DNA from: Ylistrum balloti
Lineage: Eukaryota
DNA length: 64,000 nt
Assembly: GCF_031769215.1 (NCBI RefSeq)
Contig: NW_026782635.1
Coordinates: forward strand, 62,001 to 126,000
Reading direction: 5' to 3'
Numbering within the stretch: position 1 is the stretch's first letter; each line of letters opens with the position of its first letter. Under the pieces are notes generated by a model. It was given only the letters and a program-made list of their open reading frames with translations, was not told the origin of the DNA and ran no database searches. The position numbers and the translations under genes are program-made. Positions 13,990-27,890 of the stretch are shown piece after piece.

Positions 13990-14035
13990 CAGAGAGAGAG
14001 AGAGAGAGAGAGAGGAGGAGGAGGGGGAGGAGGAT
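13990..14035. repeat. (GA)n/(GGA)n microsatellite
   Basis: agagagagagagagagagagagaggaggaggagggggaggagg read directly. Confidence 0.9.
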
Positions 14036-15050
14036 GATTGAGGGGGTAGTTTTGGTGGATGACGTCAAGTGAACCTATTACTAGATTTAATAAAGTTTTG
14101 GACATTCAAAATAATTTTCGAGTTTGTTTCAAAAGAAAGATCTTTATAACCATACAATACCAAATCTAAATCACAATGTATGGGTAAATTTACATACTAA
14201 ACTTACTACTCCTGTAGTGGTGACTAAATAGCGACTATATGCAGATTAGTGTTTATTGGAGTTGATGAAGGTAATGTTTGAGTTATTGGAAAACAGAGTC
14301 TTCAGCGTATACATTTGCAAACCAGGGTGGCGAGTGGTGTGCCCCAGTCAACAGAAATACCTGTGTATGGGTATCTAGATGATACATTTGTACCGGCTAG
14401 GTTTCTGATGTTACAAACACTTAAATATAGATAAATAAATATTGTTTTACCTACAATGAGAGTAATAATAAAGTAATGTATACACGATTTCCTGTCTGAC
14501 GGTGTTATGTTTTAGATCATGCAGTGCTGAGACAAAGATACGTCCGTTGAATGTACACTAAGACAGGTCAAGTGTGACACGTTGTAAACAAAACGCTCGT
14601 GTTTGTATGTCGCTATTCAGTCTTACATGAAACCAAAATTCACTGTAACATTATCACTCCTCAGTATGGCGTTACTTTTCAATTATTGATAATACTATTC
14701 ACAGTTGTGGAGTCGTGCATTCACTAGCTCTTAGGTCAAACCATGACGCTGAAATCATAGTATATGTAGTATTATTATTTATGTCAAGATTTCAAGATTT
14801 CGAAAATAAAAGAAATTTTGGTTTGCTTATAAACAACTATACGTATCCCTTTCCTGAACTTTTTACGGTACGTTCTTTCGATAATGATAATTAAAAATAT
14901 CGGTTTTTTTTTTAATCGGCGTAATTGCATTATAAAATGAAAATGTATCGTTTAATAAGACGCAAAGAAATCGTTGTATTTTCCACCGACAAAATATGAA
15001 TGAAGATATATATGTCAATCATCGTTCTAGATTTGTTCCATTTTAAATAG

Positions 15051-18000
15051 ATCCTGAAGCGGACACGGAAATGGTAAAGTGTGACGGAGAGACTTCACCG
15101 CTCAACTTGGTATCAGAAGGGACATCGTACGATATTCCGCTGCCTACTGGGGGCGAAAACGTTACCTCAGAGGGAGTTAGGTAATAATCATAATCTTCAT
15201 ATTAATTCAATTTCATGATTTATGTATTTTTTAAAATCGTTTTTTAATTCTCGCTAACATTTACATAAGGGATAAATTCCAATTTTATTGAAGGAAAATA
15301 CAATTTGCTTAAGCTTAAAGGGAGACAATTACACTTTTTGAAACCGAATCTCAGCAAAAACCTAATATTTCTATATATGATACATCTACAATTACGGATT
15401 TTTATGCGTTATACATACGTGACGAAAAATTGTCTTGTGAATTGTGTAACTAATTCCTGAACTTGTCATTTTTGTCTAATTATTTTGAAACTGATCATAT
15501 AAATTTTATACGTGTTAAATAAACTCTTTACGTTTTTATTCCTTTCTTTGACCGCTACTGACGTATGTAATGTGTTTGCTGTCTGTATCAGTCGTGCCGA
15601 CGTTGTGATTATACTGAGCGGACTATATGGAATCCTGTTGGTGGTCATCGGTCTTGTCCTTCCTATTGCCGAGGCCTTCGTGCATACGGACTGGGGACAG
15701 AATTACATATTTGAGGTATGCGTTAACAGATGCCTTAGTTGCTAATGCTTTGGTCAATTGGTCGTAGGACAATTGGTTCGAAACCGGGGATCAGTGAATC
15801 ACCCTTGTCGACTCCAAATACAATATGATAGGGCATGGATCGGTTAACATATGTTTTTTTCATATTTTGATTAAGCATTGTCTTTAGCAACGGGATATGG
15901 CAGGAATTATCCAGCCTGTAAAACTTTTAATTTTCCATTTCTTGAGATCAACATCCCTACATCCTTAACCTATAGTATTGACATGTCGCAGCTGATTCGT
16001 AAAGAGCAAAATGTGAAAAAACATTGCAGTTGAAACGTAAAGAAACAATGGTTTTCGATAAATGATGAACAGTTTATCATTGATTTTGAATTATTGGTGT
16101 TAAATTATAACTTTATAATTATAACTAAAGGAGTAATTTCACATTATTTTGTACGGTTGATTTTATGACATTTCATGCATGGATGCAAAACTCAAACCCT
16201 CCAATAAATAGAAGAAATGACAAATCAAGGCTTTAACGTTTCTGTCAATATGAAACAGTTGAATTTGCACTTGTTCTAATACTCCATATAAAAAGAACAT
16301 AGTATTGTGCAATAGCTTGCAAAACATTTTTTTAAACGACGGGAGACCTGTCTGATATCGTGGATATATCTTAAAACGATATCTATCTTAAATATTACAA
16401 ATACTGAAAATTTTTCTGTTAATTTTTCTATTAATTGTCTTCCAGTTTTTCTATATCTACGTGTACACTGCTAGTCTGGCTTTTCTGCTCTTCATCTACC
16501 TGTTTTTACTGAGGTCTGAACCTCTTCCGAAACCTACCTGGTTTTATTCGTTATGTACGTGGATACGTTCGAAGATCTCCGCAAGCAAACATAACAAAGA
16601 AGAAAGTGTTTCTAAAAAGCCCCAACAGAAGATAAGTTTTGGTGGAGTGACGCATGAGACGGGTAGCTTCTTCCTCCGTCTGGGAGCTGTTGGTAAAATG
16701 CTTCATTTTTTTCGATCATAGTTATATATTATTATCCAAATAATGTGTTTTGAAAGGAAATCGTGAGGTAAATGAAGTGATACAAAGTATTCTTAACGAA
16801 TTTAAAACTGAAACTAAGATTGCATTTTTGAGAATCAAACCCTCGAAAATAAGAAATAATATAGTTACAGAAAAGGAGTTAAAATCAGATGTAAGATTCC
16901 GTATATAGCCATTATGATTTCAGCAATATTATAATTATAATTCGTCTTGAGAATCGGGTTTGTCACCTGCTCCATTCAGATACTTTTTCTCACCGATAAT
17001 GCAAGTTCGAAATTCATTTTTGCTTGCGTTATCAAAACAAAAGAAAAAAACCCAAACAAACAAACAAAAACAAAAATTTAGAAATACAAATGCAGGTCCA
17101 TAGACCTTCTTTCGATCACTGACGGCGGAGACATAAAACAAATGAACTTATCTGCAACATGATATAACATGATATGTACTATTTCATAACAAATATATGC
17201 AACTATTTCAAGGTTTTCACTTGTGGTGCCGGAAATGCTTACAGCTTCATCTCCAGATTTTGTGACCTTTCAGATTGTCTTTACCCGATTCTCAAAAGTG
17301 ATTTTTCATTTATCACCGATATTCCTATTTTTAATATAAAATTCTTATAGGTCTGTCTACATATCGAGCTGATACCTGTTACTCAACGGGAAAAGCAATA
17401 AACAGAACGAATTTCTAGCATAGAATATTATAAAAATTAAGCAAATAATCCAACATTATTCTTGACAGGTTTCGGTATCGGAAGTATGGTACTGGACGCG
17501 CTGTATTTTGGTCAGTATTTCGAGTTTGGGGACAGCCATAAATTCTGCATGGATGCCACGCAGATACTGAAGCCAGCCATCAAATCTTGTTTCTCGTTTT
17601 CACAACTCTTCTTCATCTTCCGAAATTCAAGGGTAAGTCTGAACTATGAATGCTACATATACTCAAAAATGGTATTGTTTTCCTGCATATTTGATCACTG
17701 CAGAGTTTTCCTCGTTTTTTATGATGTTCTAGCTGAATATCACATTTCGCTCCATTATTGTGAACAAAAAGACCACCGAGCACTAAACACCAATATACTC
17801 TGAACATTGTAAATCAGACAAGCGTCCAGTGTTGGTACTATGTTTTATTGTAAACATAAAGGCAACACCGTCTATCATTGCTCCTTTGATTTGTCGTTTA
17901 AGCTAGTGTACCTCATTGTCCCTGTGTTTAGCTTATAGTGTATGACTATTATTTTGGTGTTTAGACTAGCGAACATCATTGCTCCTGTATATGATCCTAT

Positions 18001-20186
18001 ATTTAGACTAGGTTTAGGGATTTTTTAACGCCCCAAGATTTGTTATATGATTGGATAGTAGACTGTTTCTGGTTAAACGTCCTGAAATTGGTGCTATGGT
18101 TGGTATGTAGACTAGCGTCCATCACTTTTTGTTTTAGGTTTACCGTTCTAAAATTGATAATATATTTAGTTTTTAGACTAGCGATAATCATACTATAGCG
18201 GAGGTTTTAGACACCTATCGATTAGTACTGTAGAGTTGTAAGAAAATAACTCAATATTTTGTAGTGGTAATTGCTGGCGTACACCATTGCTTGTATACTG
18301 TATTTCTTTCATCATTATTCTTGCTCTTTGTTTATAACCGAGCTTCCACCAATATTATTTACTCTTTAGGTGAGCATACTGAAGCATTCCTTCGTCGCCC
18401 GGTTTGGGTTCATGCACATGAGCGCTACAAACGTTTGCGTTTGGTTTCGAGTCATTGTCGTGGAGACGCTTCATTCAATACACAGCCACAAAAAATCACA
18501 CCATTACGCCAGGTTGAACTCAACAAGAATAGGTAATTCTTTGTGTTAAAGAATGCAAAGAGGTTATTGATAAATTGTGATTATTGTGTCAGTTTTTTTA
18601 ATTATATGTCCATGGAACAGTTTATACGATGCTTTCCAAACACAATGTGTCAACTGTAAAGGGAACTACCGTCCTACTTGATAATCGTACTTCATTTCAA
18701 AACTTAATAACACAGTGAATGTCTGGATTCAAATTCACATCTAAGAGATATTTACAAAATCAACCTCCATACTTAATTAATGATAGGTAATAACTAAGCA
18801 AAACTTAAAAATATAACAATGTGATTGGTAAATTTGAGTTTACTCTTTCAGTGGAGCATAATGTAAGTCATAGTTGGATTAATCGGGAAATCGGGATGTC
18901 GTATTTCCCCGCACTTCCCGAACTTTCATGTCAGTGGAGCAATTTGATTGGTCAAGTTCTGCGGTCTGCAAGTCCCTACCTATATCCTTTCACTATTGAG
19001 TACAGCGTCATCTGCGCTGGTAAGTAGCCATTCTAACTTCCAAACTACAACAAGTAACGTCACCATATTAGTACTGTAAATCCGTTTTTGAGTTTTAAAA
19101 ATTTGTATTTTGACAAAAACTTGAAGCAAATCGATATATCTATAATTCGAGACTGGCAATATGGTCGTTGGACTATAATTGTCAATGGGCCGTAATATCC
19201 ACTAAAATGATAACAATAATTTGAGAAAGAGAAAATCGTATATTTTTGATGTACGAGAAAGCTACATGCATAACAACACGTTCTCATAATTCGCTCAAGA
19301 CACCAAGTTTTTTTTTTTGTTTTTTGCTTGTTTTGTTTTTGGTTTTTGTTTTTGTTTGTTTTTTTTGTTTTTTTTGTTTTTTTTTATGCCATAAGCAGTG
19401 TTTTTTATTCCAGGGATATTTTTTGTGATGTGGCAAAATGTCGGTATGACTTCTAAAAGGGCTTCAACAATTGATGACATACCACACAGCCACCATCTGA
19501 TCAGCATTGATTGTGCAAGCTCCAGTCGTGGCCTTTTTCTTGGAATTTTGACATTCGTTGCATCACTTGTTTCAATGATTATTTTTAGTGTCGTTGTACA
19601 GACAGACAACGAGAGTCAAGTGATCGTCCTAGTAGTTTATCTAAGTGAAATTATTGCATATATATTCATGATAATTGCATCTATTTTCGCTATGATTCGC
19701 ATGCGCCATTTAAAATTTTCAAGTAATTTAACCGACGAACTGGAAAAAATTTTGGCCTGGTTATCGTTCAGTGGACTTTTCATGTTTTCAGTCTTTAGTA
19801 TTTTTGCTGCAGTTTATTTCATTGACACTCTGGAAGCTGTCTTGACGATTGTAACAAGTATATTTTCAATGATACAAGCGACGCTTCAGACAATGTTGCT
19901 GATCATGGGAATGGGGATGTCAGCCGGAAGTCAAATGCACGCGACAAAAAAGTCGGGGAGAGAGTTCGTTACTTTCCTGCTCATGTGTAATATAACAATG
20001 TGGGCGAATACGACTTTTCAGATAAAGAATGTCGCCCACAACCCAGTGCAACTGCAGTTCTACGGACCGGAAGCCTGGGGAATATTCACCCATGTTTCAG
20101 TACCACTCTCCATCTTTTTCCGGTTTCATTCTACGGTGTGTCTTTCTCATATTTGGAAACACGCCTGGAAAATGAAACAGCAATAG
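15051..20186 (+). CDS. OTOP: Otopetrin-family proton channel (OtopLc-like), 7 exons found, ~590 aa; 5'-most exon not located
   Basis: Exons 15051-15180, 15592-15715, 16446-16692, 17469-17632, 18370-18532, 18852-19019, 19414-20186 all have AG/GT ends with matching phases. Joined frame contains otopetrin motifs LSGLYGILLVVIG, GSFFLRLGAVGFGIGSM, SQLFFIF, ARFGFMHMSATNVCVW, SPYLYPFTIEYSVICAGI, SGREFVTFLLMCNITMW, PLSIFFRFHSTVCL. An in-frame ATG (MVKCDGE) lies in the first exon found. Confidence 0.93.
15925..16005 (+). mobile_element. Penelope-like RT C-terminal remnant inside an otopetrin intron
   Basis: Translates with one frameshift as NFPF-LEINIPTSLTYSIDMSQLIR, homologous to 45010-45070 and 53980-54045. 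Confidence 0.7.
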
Positions 20187-21944
20187 GAACATCTCCTTAT
20201 ATAACTTTGAAGACCGAATTGTTTTTGTCAAATCTTTTACGGCAATTATTATTCTCCTAAAATCTTTGACGTAATTATGCTGATAAGTACGGATCGCTGA
20301 CAGTTTGGCACAAACACGATACGCTGCAAAATGTATTAACTTAGTATATTGTCAATTATCGTGTAAATACAAACATATCTTTCACACGTTTATACGATCT
20401 TTATTAACTTTTTTATAAATCCATTTTCTCCTTCAGATTTTAAACACTAGTTTTCTGTTTAATCTTTGGCTTTCTATTACTCGTTGTGGTGTTTTGTCTG
20501 TTTTGAAATGGAAATCACGAACCGTAATATGCTGTTTTGAGTACGGGTGCTTTATTTATACAAATTGCCTTGAGGTGACTTACGTCGTATGTTGTTGAAA
20601 GAAAGCTAGCAGTAATAGACGGACGATACACCTAGAAAACAAACTCAGAATCATCTATTCATACCGATATGTCTGGTGCCTAACATAAGAATGGAAAATA
20701 AAAACATTAAAATCCCTTCAGCATGGCAGGACAGATCAGAAGAGAGATAAGGACGACCGGCAAAAGGACAGAGGGAAAGAAAAATGATTATGAAAGACAA
20801 ACGTTCAGAATGGCTGGCCGAGAGAAAAGGACAAATATAGAATTCGGCAAAGAGTAGTTGACGAAAGGAAGTCGATGCTGTTTTAAGTGTTATTTGTAAA
20901 ACATGCAAACTATATAATTAAATGCAGCTAGGATTTAGAGATATTGTGGAATTTTCTGGATTTGTTTGTTGGATATTTTCTGTGAAGATCTGGGACTTAA
21001 CGTTTGATATGATGGTTCTAGTCATTTATGATACATTTATAGCTGTACATAGGGTTAATATCAAACCGACCAGGTACGTAATTCTACAGGTGTGCAATAG
21101 GTTGCGACTGTTAATGTAATTAAGTTATTATCATGGCGTCATCAACGTCTTTACGTTTCAACGCATGAAATGGAGGCAGTGAGATAAATTTGTTAATCAT
21201 AAATCATGAGGTATTTTATTGAGAATAGTTCGTAAAATTTAATCAAGATTAAGTTTTATATTCCTGTGTATACAAGACAAAATTCCAACTTTGTTCTCCA
21301 ATTACCTCAATAAAAGATAGTGCTTTTATAATTTCGTCATTTGCGCATGTATTTCATTTAATGAACTATTCATACAATATAGTCATTTGTAATTTAGAAC
21401 CAAAATAATAATGATATACAAGTATCTCATTTGATCTTATGATAATGGAATAGTATCATCAATGACACATTAAAAAACATATTAAACGTTGCAACTGTCT
21501 TGAAACTTACATTATGGTATCACAGATGCAACAGCTGGTAACTGAAATGACCTGTACATGCATGCTGTATTGAAAGCGCACAATAAAACAACATTGTCTA
21601 CCTTATAACAGAAGAGCACCACAAACTAACTAAATGAAGGGAAATAACTCTGTCATAATTATAACAGTTGTATAAACGGTACGTACCGTAACGGCACATA
21701 AATTACATATATTCTAGTCATAAACATACTTTGTGTTTCGATGTTCAAATTCGATTACATTGGAGTGTCTTTTGTTTATTTTAAGTATTACATAAACATA
21801 TGAACGTATAGTGATTGTGAATTTATAGCAGTTTTACTCAACTGTCTCTCAAGGAACTGTTATCAAGGGAATTAAAACAAAACAATCGTTAGTATTACTC
21901 GACAAAAAGGCTTTTAATCTAAACAGAAAGATAAATGTGGCTAA

Positions 21945-22190
21945 TTTTAGGCTCACCATCTTCGTCTGATAATCGTTAAAGCAGCCCATACATTGTACGT
22001 TTATCATACTGTGTCTAATTTTGGTTCACAATCTTCGTTTGATAATCGTAAATGTAACTTATACATTGTACATTTATCATACTGTGTCTAATTTTGGTTC
22101 ACAATCTTCGTTTGATAATCGTAAATGTAACTTATACATTGTACATTTATCATACTGTGTCTAATTTTCGGTTCGACATCTTCGTCTGAC
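21945..22190. repeat. 73-bp tandem repeat, ~3.2 copies
   Basis: atcttcg anchors at 21958, 22031, 22104, 22178. Confidence 0.9.
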
Positions 22191-23454
22191 TGTCGTGAAA
22201 GCAAATTTTAATTAAAATCCAGATATACGATTCCAGATGCGGTAGGGTTTTTAAGCAAATGAATCCTGTGAAATGAATTACAAAAAATGCAATGCATGGT
22301 TTCGGTCATACATCACGTGGTCACGTCATCCAACCTTGGGCAGTACACTAACACCCTTACGTGAATATCACTTAAAGCTTCCGTGTAACCACTTTTAACC
22401 GAAAGGAAAATGGTCGGCACTGACTGAAAATTGTTTGAAAAGTTTCAAGAGTACATATTTTTTTTTCTTCTCTGGTTCTGCCAGTATGCTTAACATTTAG
22501 ACAAAACGGTCGATTTCGTGTATATGTTCTCTCTTATCGTACATTATGATATAGCAATTTGTTGTTTATGATTAGGAGTCATGGAACATTGGTTTGGTCA
22601 AAAGGGTAAGGGTAATTGATCGACTACGAATTAGAGTTCCTATAAAAATAGAACAGATATGGCTAAATGAATGTGATCGACATTGGCTATAATAAACAAC
22701 GCGACGTTGATGGAATAGATATGTTGCAACTGTGTGTCTTTTTGATTACTACTCTTATAAGAAACAGGTCGGTATTAAATTTTAACTCACCATTCGTGAA
22801 ATGAAATCCTAAAAAAGGGGAGGAAAATAAGAAAAAAAAAAAAAAAAACTGAAAAAAATTGATCAGTTCGCACACTGATATAATATCGGAAGCACTACAA
22901 TATCACATGGATTTATTGACATCAGAGACGATATTCAACAGAAATCAAAACCCATACTTATTATTGTGGTTAAACCTTACAGCACTGACGGTTATTTCGA
23001 AAAGAATTCAATATGTGATAAGGTCTAAATGTGAAACGTCTAGGAGAGTGAAAACGAGATGGTATCTTCTAGAGCCATCCTTCGCTAAACATTTTATTTG
23101 TTATGTTTGTTACGTCGCTGATGGATAAAATGGAATAATACATGATCAGTCATTTCAATATTATTATCCATTTAATTTCAGATCGATGAAATGTAGTTTT
23201 GGAATCTATCGCTTATCCACCGTAACGCAACATTATATGGTAGTGTCCTGTACCACTGTTCTGGATCGGATTTCCACCACTATTAACATGTTTCGTCGTT
23301 GGAGCATAGCGACCAAGAACATCTTGGTGACTGGGCCTGTGAATATAGCCCTGCAATCGCTTCAGTTGACACAGTTTATCTCTACGTAAAGCATAGATAT
23401 TAATGCAGAAGTCTAAGAAAATGCAATGCGGTAAAATATCAGTAGACCTGATGT

Positions 23455-24500
23455 AAATCAGTCTGGACAACTCTTTCCTGATAGTACTGTACACTAGGGT
23501 AAACTGGAGATGTCGATTGCTTCACTTCGGGGGCCTGTTTCCAGGCCTTATAGACAGCCTTGAAAGCGTCCTCATATTCCTCCAAGTGTTGATGACAGTA
23601 ACCAAGCATATTGAATGCCACAGCCTTATTGGTGATGCCAGGAAGATTACATTACCACACCATATCGTCAAGTGCCTTCAGCTGTTCTATGTTCTGATCG
23701 GACTTCAAACAACACCAGAACCGGAGGAAACACACGTATACAAGTCTATCGACTGCAACTGTATTGCATATGTCAGCTTAAACGTCGGAAAGGGTTGCTT
23801 TGATTTTTCGACGCGAGTACATTTCTATTTGTAAAGTCTGTGGAAGGCTGCCTCTTTCATATCATAGGAACAAGATGTTTAACACATTTGACATATCAAA
23901 ATCAAATTCTTTGTGAAGAAACAAAGGTAAATGTTTCAAATCTTCATTTAAATAGAGATACATTTAAGAGATTGTTTCACGAATTGAAAATACAGACATT
24001 TAAGATATTATTTAAGGGGTTGTTCATAGATTTACCTTCCTTTAATCAGCCTATATAAAAATAAATATTGTTCAAGGCTTGTGTCAATAGCATTTTCCCG
24101 ACTTTGGTTGGAATGATGGTTTGGTTTGGTTAGACATTTTAACAAATTAGGTTAACTGGTGTTTTCACAGATGATGCTCTCTAAATGGCCTATTCATAGT
24201 GCTATTTCATGAAAAGTCATGTCACAGAAACGTTGAAGAAATCTCATTACGCTGACATATTCTTGCATAAGAATAGACAAGTTGTATGACCTTATTTGGC
24301 ATTCAATTAGTAGTAGTGCGTTATTGACAAGTAAGATAATATGAAATAGGCACTGCCAAATAGCGAGCTCGTAATATGTTCAATACTATGAGACATGAAT
24401 CTGGCTTACATTGAGATCCTTTGGGGGTGTTTTTGCATTTCAGTTAATTTTTTTGCGTAACAGGTTAGTTCATTACTTTGTTTTAGAAACTTTGCACACA
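23455..24500 (-). pseudogene. Decayed paralog of the cGLR gene; C-terminal helical/TPR-like part only
   Basis: 23455-23900 aligns closely with 31135-31560 (AVDRLVYVCFLRFWCCLKSDQNIEQLKALDDMVW*CNLPGITNKAVAFNMLGYCHQHLEEYEDAFKAVYKAWKQ). In-frame TAA at 23652-23654 replaces a Cys codon; 1-nt deletion after KQ. Extension to ~24500 is weak, by-eye homology; no NTase domain recognised. Confidence 0.88.
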
Positions 24501-25339
24501 AATACCTGGTCGTCGTAAGCGATAATTCTGTCATTCTTATTACCTATTTCAAAGTTGTAGTGATATTTTAAGGTAGAATTTAAAAATTAACAACACGAGT
24601 GAATGACAAAAAATGGTTTTATAAACTCTTTATACAACAGAATCTTCGTTCTGTTTTCTTTACAATGAGTCACTGTGGCAAACTGTTATTAATTCATTTT
24701 TATTGATATTTGGAGAGTGTACAGAAGGTACCCAATTCCCTGTGCAAAATATAATTATGTTTACTAATTTGTAACCCCTAGTAAACGTTTGCAAAACTTT
24801 AAAATGGGTACATTGTATACTTAATCATTTGAAGGTCAACCTGACCAAACAGTGATATGGATTTTTTTTAGTTTTATCAGATAAATCGTATGATCAGTCG
24901 ACAATAGGTTATGGAGCCTTAAGATGGACGTTGCCAACACCAGCGAAATGAAATTAACGTTCAATATCTTATTATATTTTTACGACATTCTAAAGGCCCG
25001 TCAACACAAGAGGTCATTAGGGCCATCAAACGGTAAAACATCTAACGTTTAAAGAGGAACCAAAACCTGATCATTACGCAATAACGTTTTAAGTTTCAGT
25101 GCAATTTTGACAAAATACTGACAATTCATATTTAAGTATTTTCATTACAGTGGATGATAAGGGAGAATTTATTAATATACATCAAGATTAGAATGTCGAT
25201 TTCTTTACAAATTTGTAACGTTTTATTTTATTCTCATTTTAAATGAGCCCTAGTAAACATGGTTTTCAGTTGGGGAAAAGGGTGTGAAACTATTATTAAA
25301 TATCTAGCTTTTACACATTGTATTTTTCTGTTGTAGATC

Positions 25340-25400
25340 ACATTGCGTGTGTCGTCATGAAACGATGAAGGAGAAGACGCTTACTCTCCTGGAACAGTTT
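25340..25400 (+). mobile_element. Short Penelope-like 3' segment fragment
   Basis: gtgtcgtc...gatgaaggagaagacgcttactctcctggaaca matches 51960-52000 and 54860-54895. Confidence 0.55.
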
Positions 25401-26566
25401 TATATACTGATATATCCGATTTATGGTTTTTACTCAAACCGCAATATAATGTAATTAAAATGTTTTCAATTGCTTACTCTAACATACTAGAATAAAGTGA
25501 GGTGAAAACGTGAAACAGTTTTCATCTTTTTCAGCTAATTTTACATTTCTGTATTCTGTATATTCTGGGCGAGAAGGAAAGCGAAAACTTTATTTAAATT
25601 AACAAATTATCTCATTGGCATTCTTTCTACCAGGAACATTAAAATGGAATTCCCTCAATCGCTTCAGCTTCAAATTATAGGCCAGTAGCATTACTGACGA
25701 GTTCAAGAAGGACGAAACAGATTTATGATGCAGTTTAATTCTTTATTTGACTCCACTGTACATAACTCTAAATTATCAAAAGGTGTTATTCTCTTGTGTG
25801 TATTTTATACAATTTTCACCAAAATCAAAATAAGTTTGTTGACAATAACACACATACACCTATATATCATGTGAGTTCGTTACTGACAGTGTGAAACCTG
25901 AAATCATTTACAAACCTTGGACTGTATAGTGTATATATATATATATATATATGGCATTGATCCAGGGTCTTCACATATACAAACTTACATAGAATAGCTC
26001 GTGTACTACACCTGTGAAATCGACAGTAGGTAAATACGAGCTCAGTTTTATAAAGGAGTTCATTTATACATCGGTATGTTATGTACACATGTATATATCT
26101 CATGGTTTGTCTGTTTCATGACACCAATTAAGCTGTCTAAACGTCAGTTTACACGAAAGTAATACAAACATTCAAATGTAATTCTAATCTAGTGAGTGAT
26201 GACTATGTACAAACAACGTACTACGTTCATATCATGTGTTTAAAGACGATGTACATTTAACCAGTTGACAATGGGTTCCTTAATGTATGAGTACTTTGAT
26301 TGATCGTTATCGAATTGCTTTGTAAACTACGCTATTCGGTTGCTGTGTAAAATTTCATTTCTTGATATATTAGTAATAACATTTAAATTTATCATTTAAA
26401 TCTATGAATTGATACAGTATAGATGAAGTGGTTTGATACTTTAATCTTGGCGGAACTATGAATGACATCCGAGCATACTGATTACAACCATTCCGCAACC
26501 TTGTCCAGGCAATGTCGCTAGAATGGCGCTCCTATTTTAATGGCGATTTACAAGAATCTTCGTACG

Positions 26567-26718
26567 TTTTACACGTGTTCAAAGTCTATGATACTGACTA
26601 ACTTTTTACACGTGTTCATAGTCTGTGATACTGACTAACTTTTTACACGTGTTCATAGTCTGTGATACTGACTAACTTTTTACACGTGTTCATAGTCTAT
26701 GATACTGACTAACCTTTT
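26567..26718. repeat. 37-bp tandem repeat, ~4 copies
   Basis: Unit ttttacacgtgttcatagtctgtgatactgactaact; anchors at 26590 and 26627. Confidence 0.9.
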
Positions 26719-27674
26719 ATAATGATTTGGCATCAGTCGTCACACACAAATGAATAGAAACTGTTTTTGATTGCGTTACTTGCCTAGATGTATTCATAAA
26801 ATCGTCTGTCTCTTGTGTGTATCTATTACAACATGGAGGTATACGTTCAACTTCATTGCACATGGTTAAGCTAGAAAAAGATAATGTGTCTGCATAAATA
26901 CATGTACGGTAATTGTATATAGATAAGGTGTCGACTTAGCCGTTTGTAAAAAATAATGCTTTTCTGCTGATAATCATCAATACTGAACATAAATACGAAT
27001 GAAATACTCTGAAATGTCCATATCCTTAGTAAACTGGGGGAGCTTTCTGTGTATTCAATAAACGAATATCTAAATGATATCAATAGTATCAAACAAACAC
27101 ATTTTTTTCTATCAGGAATACAATAAGATTATTTACAAATAATTTCATTTTGGATCCAGAGGCTACAGAAGTTTCTTCGATATTGAATTAAACCATCATC
27201 CTGTTAGTGGCGGTCGAGGATTGAAAAACACTAAATGTAGGTTTGGAATAATTATAGCAAAGAAATGGGGTTTTGAAACCCTAAAACAATACTGCCAACA
27301 TTAAAAAGTTGTACGTAGCTATCAGAAGTCCTTGGCAAGTTAGGAACAAAAAGTAATAGTTTAAATGTATCCCTTTTATAACGGGTTCCTATTTCATTTT
27401 TCAGGAACATCAGAATTGTTTTAAATATCATTAACATGAACATACTTTGAACGTTTTGACAATTCCAGTAATTATCCAGTGTAGGTTTTGATGTTGCCGT
27501 TTAGCCAATTTGATTAATTGTTGTAAAAACCTTGCTCATCTACGATGACATATTTTTGTATATTATTTTATTTAGTGACTATATAAACATATTTTACCAG
27601 AAATGACACTGTCTTACAGCAAAAAGCACGTCGATTGACTTATTTGTTTGTGGTAGCTCCAACTAAATCACGAT

Positions 27675-27890
27675 GTTGACAACTGAAAGCCTAACGCACA
27701 CACATGGTTTCGAAAGATGCTGGTTCATGAAAGTCATTGGGAAGTTTTACGGTTGCCATAGTAATCTTATTAGGTAATGCTTGTGCCACATGAAATTGGC
27801 CGTGCTTGATGTTCCTTAGTTTGCCTTGTGGTTACGTTGTTAATTTTATTTTTCGTCGTCGATGAAGCAAATCCCCATAACTCTTCACAA
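27675..27890 (+). mobile_element. Penelope-like RT thumb remnant plus start of the 3' segment
   Basis: Translates LTTESLTHTHGFERCWFMKVIGKFYGCHSNLI, homologous to LTNELVTQSFKRSRTMNIIGKIFGRHDDLI at 45110-45200; followed by gtcgtcgatgaagc at ~27855. Confidence 0.65.

Noticed and set aside
15745-15795. tRNA-like A-box (tggtcaattggt) and B-box (ggttcgaaacc)
   Set aside because: Boxes only ~24 nt apart and no cloverleaf; at most a decayed SINE head, not a tRNA gene.
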